64,000 bases of DNA from Macrostomum hystrix (lineage: Eukaryota > Animalia > Platyhelminthes). Where the stretch lies: contig CATNEN010000010.1 in NCBI GenBank assembly GCA_950097015.1, positions 372,001 to 436,000 of the forward strand, given 5' to 3'. The notes beneath the pieces were generated by a model. That model had not been told where the DNA came from and did no database searches. It saw nothing but the letters and a program-made list of their open reading frames with translations. Numbering within the stretch: the first letter of the stretch is position 1; each line of letters begins with the position of its first letter. Positions 9,512 to 19,188 of the stretch are shown piece by piece. The position numbers and the translations under genes are program-made.

Positions 9512-10864
9512 ATGCAAGGCCAGTCACCTCGAAGTAGCAAGACCAGGCAGCAGCCTGCCAGCTTGGAGGGCCGGATGCAGCAGCTGAACCTGGATTCTGA
9601 AGCCCAGGGCGAGACGCCCGAGTCCCTGAAGTTCCGCGCTCTGCCACAGGCGATTCAGCGACGCCTGCTGCTAGACTATCCGCGCATTCTGGCCACTGCA
9701 ATTCACCAGTACAGCGAGGGCGCCAACTGTGAAGAAATTCTCTTGCAGGTGTTTAACAGCAGCTCCGACAGGCTGAGAGTTCGCAACAGCGACGGCGACA
9801 ATCCCGTGGCGTCTGCTCTGTTGCGGCAGCAGGGCGAGCGGGCCGAGAAGCTGTTGGACATTGCGGCTAGCCGAAATCCCGAGGCTCTTGACGACCGTTC
9901 GCAGAGTAGGGAAACCATGCTCATGCTGAGCACATCGAGTGGCAGCTCAGCTGAGAAGTTGATGGAGCGCCTGCTGGTCAGAGAGCCGACTCAGCTTCAC
10001 CGACTGTACGACAACAACGGCCGAAACTTCCTGCACCACTGCGCACAGGAGGAGTCTGTTGAGGTCCTCGAAGCCGGACTGAGAATAACAAGGACTCTGA
10101 TCGAGGAGGGCAGGCTTGTGGCAGGCCAGGTAGCTGCCGCCATCCACATGAATGACCGTGCTGGAGACACGGTGCTTCACCTGATGGCGACTCGAGACCG
10201 GACTGACATGCTGAGCCTGCTGTTGGATTTCGCAACCGACACTGGCATCAACGTCAACCTTGACGAGAGGCAGCACCGCGGCAATCGCTGGACGCCGCTG
10301 ATGTCAGCAGTGAATGCCGGCGCGGTTCGAGCAGCTCGATTCCTCCTTGACAACGGCGCCGACCCGTTGGAGGAGGACAGCGAAGGCGTCACCGTCGCTG
10401 AAATGGCTGCGGCAACAGGAAGTCCGGAGCTTACTGAGCTGTTCCGCGAGGGCGTGGCTGACGGCCTGGCTGCTGCTGCTGGCTCTGATCCACCGGAGCC
10501 GGAGGCGGCTGCAGCTGGAGAGGCCGCGCCATGGATGACGCAAGGCCCGCCGGTGCGCACGGTGGACAGCGGCATGGGCACCACTGGCGAGCTTCAGCAA
10601 CAGTCGGCGGCCGCCACTCCGGCGCCGGTCCGCAGCCTGTCCACCGAAGAGCAGCAGCACCTCGTCCGGAGCCTCACCCAGCGTGGCAAGGAATTGGCTT
10701 TCGTTGAGGCCTTCACCCGCAGCCACGCAGACACGGTGACTCTGGCCAGGATGTCGGAGAAGCCGATTGAGTCCCTGATCACGAGCCTGGCCCACGAGCC
10801 AGGCTTCAGCGGTCTTATTCAGCAGGCTCTGTGCAGCATTGGCGCGGAGGACCTCCTGGCCTAG
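9512..10864 (+). CDS. Ankyrin-repeat protein with a putative C-terminal death-fold domain, paralog B (450 aa, intronless)
   Basis: Same ankyrin block as paralog A. The distinct C-terminus ends LIQQALCSIGAEDLLA, which resembles the death-domain L..AL..IG..DL helix. Confidence 0.85.
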   Translation: MQGQSPRSSKTRQQPASLEGRMQQLNLDSEAQGETPESLKFRALPQAIQRRLLLDYPRILATAIHQYSEGANCEEILLQVFNSSSDRLRVRNSDGDNPVASALLRQQGERAEKLLDIAASRNPEALDDRSQSRETMLMLSTSSGSSAEKLMERLLVREPTQLHRLYDNNGRNFLHHCAQEESVEVLEAGLRITRTLIEEGRLVAGQVAAAIHMNDRAGDTVLHLMATRDRTDMLSLLLDFATDTGINVNLDERQHRGNRWTPLMSAVNAGAVRAARFLLDNGADPLEEDSEGVTVAEMAAATGSPELTELFREGVADGLAAAAGSDPPEPEAAAAGEAAPWMTQGPPVRTVDSGMGTTGELQQQSAAATPAPVRSLSTEEQQHLVRSLTQRGKELAFVEAFTRSHADTVTLARMSEKPIESLITSLAHEPGFSGLIQQALCSIGAEDLLA

Positions 10865-11320
10865 TCTGCTGCGACCAGAGCTGCTTGAGTGTGTAGATTA
10901 ATTAATCTCCTGGCCCAAGGCGTTTTGGGTGGCTTTCTTTACAATTTGAGGCGTGTAAAAAGTGCACTGCTTAGCTGTTTTATTACTCTTTTTATAAAGC
11001 AAATGAGGGAATATCTGGCAATGCGTGTTCCGACGCATTGTTGCTGGCACAAAGCTTTGGATTTGGTTTTATTTAACTGTTACTCCAGTTATCTCTACAG
11101 TTACTTTTCATAATTAGCAAAATGTGTTTGACCCAGCTTTTCTGCTTTCAGTGTAAATGGATTTTAATTAGAAGAAAAGACAACAATATTTCACCTGAAA
11201 TAAAAGAAATATATAAGAATGCAAATTTATAAATATAACTGCCAGTAAAATGTCATTACATTGCTCGGTTCTTTATTGTTTATATGGTTCAAATTAGCCT
11301 CATTCACTAAAATTCAGTGT

Positions 11321-12033
11321 AACCCCTGGTTCAAATGCACCCCATTCACTCAAATCCCCTGGTTCAAATGCACCCCATTCACTGAAATCCCCTGGTTCAA
11401 ATGCACCCCATTCACTGAAACCCCTGGTTCAAATGCACCCCATTCAGTGAAACCCCTGGTTCAAATGCACCCCATTCAGTGAAACCCCTGTTTCAAATGC
11501 ACCCCATTCAGTGAAACCCCTGTTTCAAATGCACCCCATTCAGTGAAACCCCTGGTTCAAATGCACCCCATTCAGTGAAACCCCTGGTTCAAATGCACCC
11601 AATTCAGTGAAACCCCTGTTTCAAATGCACCCCATTCACTGAAACCCCTGGTTCAAATGCACCCCATTCAGTGAAACCCCTGGTTCAAATGCACCCCATT
11701 CAGTGAAACCCCTGGTTCAAATGCACCCCATTCAGTGAAACCCCTGTTTCAAATGCACCCCATTCAGTGAAACCCCTGTTTCAAATGCACCCCATTCAGT
11801 GAAACCCCTGTTTCAAATGCACCCCATTCAGTGAAACCCCTGGTTCAAATGCACCCCATTCAGTGAAACCCCTGTTTCAAATGCACCCCATTCACTGAAA
11901 CCCCTGGTTCAAATGCACCCCATTCAGTGAAACCCCTGTTTCAAATGCACCCCATTCAGTGAAACCCCTGGTTCAAATGCACCCCATTCAGTGAAACCCC
12001 TGGTTCAAATGCACCCAATTCACTGAAATCCCC
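11321..12033. repeat. Minisatellite, 32-bp unit, about 22 copies
   Basis: Unit AAACCCCTG(G/T)TTCAAATGCACCCCATTCA(G/C)TG; period checked at 11461 and 11493. Confidence 0.97.
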
Positions 12034-12558
12034 TTGTCAGCATTCACCCCACTCGTTCACTGATTGGCACTCGCCCTATAAAGGACCAGATTCATAAGCA
12101 GAATGATTAAATAAAGAACCAATGTAAAAGTTCAGAGAAAACTATTTTTGAGAAAGTAATACCAGAACATGGCCATCCATGCAGTGCAGTAATTCAGTCA
12201 GATGTCCACAGCCGGCGCAATCAACAGCGGCACTCACAATTAATTATTTGATTTGTATTTGAAAAGATAAAATGCTGCAGAAAGCAATCAGACGAGACAA
12301 TTAAGAAGAGCGGCGACCGAAGAGGCAAAAGCAAATGGCATAACAGCACAGCAACAGTTGAAAAACCACAACAGTGGGGAGGAAAGCGCACAATGTACTT
12401 TAATCCCGCGGTTCGCTAATGAAGTCAAGTTAACGAAAGAGAAAAAATGTTCTCAAGGCGATTCGCGAACACAAATCAGTCCATGAATTGGCACTATAAA
12501 TCTGCAGGCACAGCCAGCCCCAGCTCCATGTCTGCGCCTAGCTCAGGTTCAACGGCTG

Positions 12559-13954
12559 TCACAACTCGTCTGAAATATTAAATAGGACTTAATTAAGTAG
12601 TTAAGTAAGTAGGTTAAGTAATTAAGTAGGACTTAACGAGCACATCGTCACTACCTAGGAATTTGTGCAATTCAAACTCACCCCTTTCCTCTGGGGCTGT
12701 CGACTCCGTGGAATCCCCATTGAGAGTTTCCGCGGAATCGCCGCTGGGAGTCTCCGTGGAATCTACACTTGGAGTTTCCACGGAATCACGGCGGGGAGTC
12801 TCCGCCGGTTCCGGCTCGCAGTCGCCACCAGCCGCAGGTCGCCGATAGCCAGACAAGCAGTGGCAGGCGAAGCTGCCGGGAGAGTTCACGCAGGTCTCGT
12901 GCGGCCCAGAGCACGGGCTGGTAACGGATGCGCACTCGTCCACGTCAATGCAGGTGACTCGACCGTCGGCATCGGAGGCAGTGGTGTCGGCACTGGGCTC
13001 GTAGCCAGCGGCGCAGTCGCGGCAGTCGCTGACGCCGGAGCCAGCTACGCAGCCGGCAGGTCCGCAGGCCGGATGGCAGGCGAGGCAGAGCGGCGAGCTG
13101 TCGGCCAGGTAGCGGCCCGCATCGCACTTGTCGCACAGATCGCCCCCGTAGCCGACGTGGCAGTTGCAACGACCGCTGCCTGATCGGGTGCCGTTGCCGT
13201 CGCAGTCACCGCGCAGACCGCAGGCGGGGCAGGCCGCACACTTCGGCCCAAAGGAGCCATGCGGGCAGCAGAGCTGGCCTCGATCCACGCAAAGAAGGCT
13301 GCGCAGGGTGGCGGCGGCTACGGCTGATGAGCCGGCTGGATCGCGACGGAAATCGCCGAACCACCAGGCCTCGAGGGCCTCCTCGAACTGCTCCAACAGG
13401 GCGTGGCATACAGCCGTCTCCTCCTTGCCTTCGCCCTGGCAAAGCCGCTCCTGTGGAAATCAGAATGCATGTTCCTACCATACTACTACTGCCATGCAGT
13501 ATTCATAAGTAGAGTGATCGGATCTGTCTAGTTTCTAGGATCAGGAATCGGGATCGTAGAGGATTCTGAGAATGAGCATTGGGATCCTACGACTGACATA
13601 ATTTATTCTGGGATTTGGTTTAGATAATCGGGATCGTATGATTGTGAATATATCCTGTGACTTGGTATTGGCATTGAAAAAATGAGATTATGCAACCTGG
13701 ATGTCAACCAGCCGGGTCTCGCTGTGCGCCCAGCTGCCCAGCCGGCTCTCCTCCCAGTGCGTGTTTCCGCCGCCGAAGTTGTCCTTGGCCGTACGCTGCA
13801 GGCCGTTCTCGAATGCCTCGGTCAGCTTGTTACAGACGCTGCATTTGTCTGGCGCGGCAGTTGCTAGGCTGGCCCATAGCAGCAGCAGAGCCAAAGCTAG
13901 CAGGTGCTGTTGCTGCACTGCTAAGTAGCTTCCGCGTGTAGCTTGGCGATACAT
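12559..13954 (-). CDS. CRELD: Cysteine-rich with EGF-like domains protein, soluble ER type (3 exons, 345 aa, C-terminal RDEL)
   Basis: Exons 13954-13697, 13450-12682 and 12569-12559. Signal peptide, CSVC, TAKDNFGGGNTHWEESRLGSWAHSETRLVDI, LEQFEEALEAWWF, CCPHGSFGPKC, EGF/furin repeats and a cbEGF (CIDVDEC...CVNSPGSFACHC). The spliced end reads EERDEL*. Confidence 0.93.
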
Positions 13955-16223
13955 TTCTAGTGGTCCAGAATTGCTTCAGCTGCAAGTAGAAGTGTATGAT
14001 GGATAGTGCAGAAATAAAATGTTTCAAATATTTCTTTACTGTTATTATGGAACTGTCTTAAATGTTGCAGCTACACAGCAATTTTTTAGACAGTATAGAG
14101 AAAATACAATTAGAAAACATGTTTACTTTTGGGAGCATAAAAATTGGAGTTTGAAGATATAAAAGACTATAGGTAAGCTTATGTGCTGTATTAGTTACAT
14201 TTCTAAAAAATTACTTAAATTATAGTGTAACTTTTCTCGTGTATAGCTGTATAATAAATTTTTATAGATTAATAAGACATTAGATAACAAAACCCACCTT
14301 CAGTATAAAACTAATCATAATGCATGCCCTTCATAGTGGGCAATGTATGCTTTAAAAAATAGAAAACTTATTCATTGATTTGTCGGAACCCTGTATATGC
14401 ATTCAATCAAAGAACTATAAATACGAGACATGCTCAAGGGTCGATGACACAAATTTTAGATATTCAGACATTGAAGCACAAATAAAGTTCATAAAGTTGA
14501 AGTGCCAAATTAACAATAGTAATAATAATAAAATTTATTAAGGGAGAGCTTAACACCTTAGTAATGATAACTGCTGTTTTATAAACAGGTGAATTTTTAC
14601 TTAAAACGAAAAAGATGTATCTTACATAGCTTATTATTATTGTCTAGCAGCTGGCTAGCTGAAAATTATGAATATACTTAAGCTACTTATATATGTTGCT
14701 TATAATGTTTTAAGATTGCAAAATGAAAGTTTTATAAAAAAAGTACACATTGACTTGCGAAGTTATAAAAATTGTTGACGGAACCAGAACAAACAATATA
14801 AATCCATCCATATAAGCGATATTTCAACCATTCTAGCTTGGTCATTCTTGGAATTTCAATAAATCAAAAAAATCAACTACACGTGCAAATCAAACAAACA
14901 ATTTTTTTAAAGCGTTTGATATATACCGAAAAATTTGTTATAAAATTCGATGTCTCATTTTCATAATAAATTTTATTAGAATAATTAGTATTACTAAAAT
15001 GTATTAACAATGATATTTATGATCTCTAATCAGTGTTAATTTGATACCGACTGGACTCTAGGGCGACAAAAATAGAAATTTGCGCTTAATATTTTACATT
15101 TATCTGCATCATTCATACAGCTCGGAATGTAATCAAACCACCCCAGAGGCTAAATCTAACTACTGAGTCTAAATGACTTAACTCAAGAAACAAGACCAGG
15201 TTAAGACTGCTGAATTAACAAAGAACCAATGTTCTCTTGAACAGCGGAGAGACTTGGAAGCATAGACTTAGAGTCTAGCTCGTGTTCAGTGTTAGGTTTG
15301 TGTTCAGCTGCGGCGAAATATTTATGACCATATAATTCTACTTTGCGGCACGTTTCGGTTAAAGTCTATTGCAATGTGGTTAATGAAACTAAATTTTTAA
15401 ATAGTCAAATGTCAGAACATCCATCAGGGAATCTTGGTGGATTGTGAGTGAAAAATTAACATTTGCCATCATAGGCAAAACCAAGGGCTATAATTGTATT
15501 ACATGTACAGGGACTATATACCGTATATGAATTATTATCAGAGGGACGTGTATTCTTGACAATCCATGTTAATAAAAGGGGGAAACTTAGGCAAGCAGAC
15601 ACTATTCATTTTCTTGCTACTCCGATGCGATTAGGAATTATTTAAGGAAATAATCATTTGCAGGTAGAAAGAGAATCCCATTTGAAGCTTGTGAATAATG
15701 CAATAGACTTCTACTGGAGCCTTTGGGTACTGCAAACGAACAAAAAGGAAGGTTTGCATGAATGTAAGACACGGGAGCTGGTGCATGGCAACAGGAGGGC
15801 TCAGCAACCCATCCAGCATGTACGTAACGATACTCGCGTGATTATAGCCTCAAATTATTTCTGCACTCCCCCAAGACTGCAGCCGCTGACTTCTGGTTGC
15901 CGTTTACTTCTGTTTACATTTACTGCATGTTTACTGCACGTTTGGGGGAGCCGTTACCAAGCGCCGTCCCCCAGCCATCGCCAACCAAAAGATGCGTCGC
16001 TCCTGCGCCCATTAAACTTGCAGACTGCGGGATCTAAATGAGGGGTAAACTTCATTCTGCGAGCCTTTGTGCTTCAAACACAAGGAAGTGAGCACAGCAG
16101 AGCACAAACGAAATTCTCTGCTCTGTGCAATCAGGTACAGTTTCAATTTGATTTGAGACTCAAAGTCAACCAAATTTAGTACAGAAGTCAGCTTCAATTT
16201 GTAACTGCTGCTTTAGAGACGAC

Positions 16224-17225
16224 ATGGTGCTCACTTTGCTGCTCAGCATCGGCGCTCTGGCTGCCTGCGGCACCGTTCAGTGCCAGTCGCCGCTGACCTC
16301 AGTTGCTCCCGTCTGGACGCAGGCGAGTGTGCGATGCGTGCCAGATGATGCGCCGGCTGCCATCGGTCGCTGGGACTCGCTCGGAGTGATTCACTGCATG
16401 CAGGAAGCGTCAAAGGGCAGAACAGGAGCTCTAGTTGCACAGTTTAACTCGCTCACTCGATCGTGCATTGTGTTTAACTACCAGTCCGTCTGCCGGCAAC
16501 TCTCTACCGGAGCGAGTCCCAACTGTGAAGTGTTCTTTCGATTTCCCATCGACCACCGATCGATCAGCCCGAAGCTCAGTAATTTGTGGATCGCCAGTTC
16601 TGTGAGCCGACTTGAAAATCTGGTTTGCCAGGCTGCTGAAGACATTAACCAGCTGTATCCAGCGGCTGTTCAGTGGACCAGTGATGGAGCAGTGTTTGAC
16701 GGCACCAGCTCATATGCCGTGCTGAACAAGACCAGCATCAGTTTTCTCACTGGTCTTACCTGGCTGCTTCGGATTAAGAGGCAGCCGAGAGTGCAGCCCA
16801 TCGCAGAGTTCATAGACTGCAGCACCCTCGGCACCAGCCAAATGTATGCCGTTCACATTTGGGAGTCCGGGGAGGCTAGGCAGCTGTACGCGAGGACGGG
16901 CAGCGTGACCGGAAGCGTGCTTCCATATCGTCGTTCAAGCACTAACCAGCTCTCGGCCAGCTCAGAGGATTGGCTGAACATCGGATTCACGACCACTGCT
17001 TCAGGCGACTCCGCGGACTTCTTCCTGGGAAGTGCTTTTCTTCCCAGGAGTACCATCACCTCCTCGCCTGATCCGAACACATTACCTGCAGTCAACCAGG
17101 TGTGCATGCTCTTCGGCATGCGCGTTCCCGGCGAATACTTCTCGGGAACTCTGGCTGCCTTCGGCCTGGCCAGTAGCGCAATGTCTGAGGCCGAGATCCG
17201 CGAGTTTTTCGCGTCCATCGCGTAA
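16224..17225 (+). CDS. Secreted protein with a putative PAN/apple-like domain followed by a LamG/pentraxin-like domain (333 aa, intronless)
   Basis: Hydrophobic leader MVLTLLLSIGALAACG. Cys pattern SLGVIHCMQEA...FNSLTRSCIVFNYQSVC. The second half begins VFDGTSSYAVL..LTWLLRIK and includes WLNIGFT and FSGTLAAFGL. Domain calls are by pattern only. Confidence 0.7.
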   Translation: MVLTLLLSIGALAACGTVQCQSPLTSVAPVWTQASVRCVPDDAPAAIGRWDSLGVIHCMQEASKGRTGALVAQFNSLTRSCIVFNYQSVCRQLSTGASPNCEVFFRFPIDHRSISPKLSNLWIASSVSRLENLVCQAAEDINQLYPAAVQWTSDGAVFDGTSSYAVLNKTSISFLTGLTWLLRIKRQPRVQPIAEFIDCSTLGTSQMYAVHIWESGEARQLYARTGSVTGSVLPYRRSSTNQLSASSEDWLNIGFTTTASGDSADFFLGSAFLPRSTITSSPDPNTLPAVNQVCMLFGMRVPGEYFSGTLAAFGLASSAMSEAEIREFFASIA

Positions 17226-17683
17226 TGGCTTTCTCTGACGATGGGTGCCTTGAATTGGCGTTTTAGATTGCTTAATTTTGCTAATGGTTAGATTGCTCAC
17301 AGCAGGAGCATTGTGATTTAAGACTGACAGGCATCCTGAGACCTTGGCTGTCTTTAATATACTGCGTGTACTGTCGTAATTGTTCAGCTGACATCATTTT
17401 ACATGATAATAAGAAATAGAAACAGAAAAAAACGCGAGCGTCCAACATCTGACTGTTTGTGCACGCCAATCTGCGATTTTTCATTCAAACTGCATGGTTC
17501 TTTATTCAATTTCATTAATCGATCCCTTAATCCAGGCCACCAGGCATCATGGAGCGCTGAATGTGGCGAACAGACGGCCCAGCGGCACTTCGGAACGGTT
17601 GATGCCACCTGACCTGACTCGAACCTCGGATCTGGCTGCGGCTTGATGAAACAGATTAAGCTGGATAGGGTGGGTAGGGAAAC

Positions 17684-17822
17684 TACTTCTTAGAAACCGA
17701 TAAACATGCTTCTTAGAAACCAATCAACCTACTTCTTAGAAACCAATCAACCTGCTTCTTAGAAACCAATCAATCTACTTCTTAGAAACCAATTAACCTG
17801 CTTCTTAGAAACCAATCAACAT
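17684..17822. repeat. Minisatellite, 23-bp unit, about 6 copies
   Basis: Unit CT(A/G)CTTCTTAGAAACCAATCAAC. Confidence 0.9.
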
Positions 17823-17935
17823 GGTTCTTACCCTCGTAGAAACCAATCTGGCTGCTGTACATTGTTTAAAACAATGTTAGTCTTTTTTGTTCCTTAATGT
17901 AGCGTAGTTTGAAAAATGTAACATAGCTGAAGTAC

Positions 17936-18268
17936 CTGGGCCCCGCTGGTCTGCAGCGGGTACCGCATGACAATCCATTCTGTCGGTCTGGCCGGGCCGA
18001 CCCCTCGGGGGTCCACATAGAACCAGAACTCGCCAAACCTGTCGGAGGGCGGCAGGAGCGAAGCCGGGCTGAACAAAGTCGTCAGCGAAGTCGCCAATCT
18101 GCCACCGCCAGAAGCCATCAGCTGCTTCAACGCGTGGCAGACCGGCTGCAGGCCATATTCTTCACTGCCCGCTCCGTTGCAGCCGCCGCATTCGCTGCAC
18201 AGGACGCTGATCGTCAGGGTGACGCCTGCGGTCAAGCAGTCGATCGGTGCGGTGACTCTCTTAGACAT
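17936..18268 (-). CDS. Possible exon of an unidentified gene
   Basis: GC-rich open frame MSKRVTAPIDC...CSECGGCNGAG...RYPLQTSGAQ ending at a CAG|GTACTT donor. No recognisable homology. Confidence 0.3.
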
Positions 18269-19188
18269 TTCGGTTTCATGGAAAATTCTGTTTCGTGGAA
18301 ACTTCTGTTCCAGGCCTACCTTCAGAGTCAGGTGCAGCGTCCTTCAATCGGTGAACAAAGTGGATCTGCAAAGTTGCATAGAAAAGCACTAGCCAAGTGT
18401 CTTATTAACCTTATTGCATCCCAAGCACATTATTTTTTGTAAAAACGTTTTTTGTCACCTCCAAGGGGAAGGCTTTTCCATTGATGCTGTGTCTGGTCCA
18501 GGTACCGCAGTAAAAGCTTATGTAGCTCAGGGTATAAGCGCAACACTTTGACGGGGCTATTCCAAAAATTAGAACTGAAAGTAACGATTAAAGGAATTTC
18601 ACTGGTCTGACGTCGTTCCATAGGTGTCTCTACGCTCGTATGACTCGTAGATCACATACCTCGTATCTAATCAGTGAACTCAGTCACCCTGTTATTCATT
18701 CGCACATTTTCAGTCATTAGCTCAGGTAATCAGTTACTCAGTTTCTCCGGCACTCAGTAATTAAGTCACTCTGTCACACTGAGCTCACTCTGCGACCTGC
18801 CGCACAGCAGGGAGGCAACTTCCGAGCTGCCTTTGCGAATGCTTAGCGTGGCGTCGCGCACCGACTCGTAGCAGAAGCGCAGCCGGGCCGACTTCAACTC
18901 TTCCGTCTTTTTAGCCAGGTGGGTGCAGATGTTGACCAGTCGGTGCGGGCCTGGCGTCTCTGCGAGTGGCGCACGATCTGGCGAGCGTTCCGCGAAATTA
19001 AGTGAAATGGCTTGAGAGGCTTCAATGACTCGTGACACACTTTACTGTGCTTATAGCTTGACTGTCTTGTATTTATGATATTTTTGTTAAGAAAGAATAG
19101 TTTAAACAATAGCCACTGACTGATTCGAATTCTTTCAGTAGCGTATTTATACATGAATCATTTTTCAATGTTTTCGCGAGGCAGTCGG

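Noticed and set aside
2708-10864. Calling the ankyrin pair NF-kB/Relish or IkB orthologs
   Set aside because: No Rel homology domain is present and the motif order differs from p105 and IkB; the similarity is architectural only.
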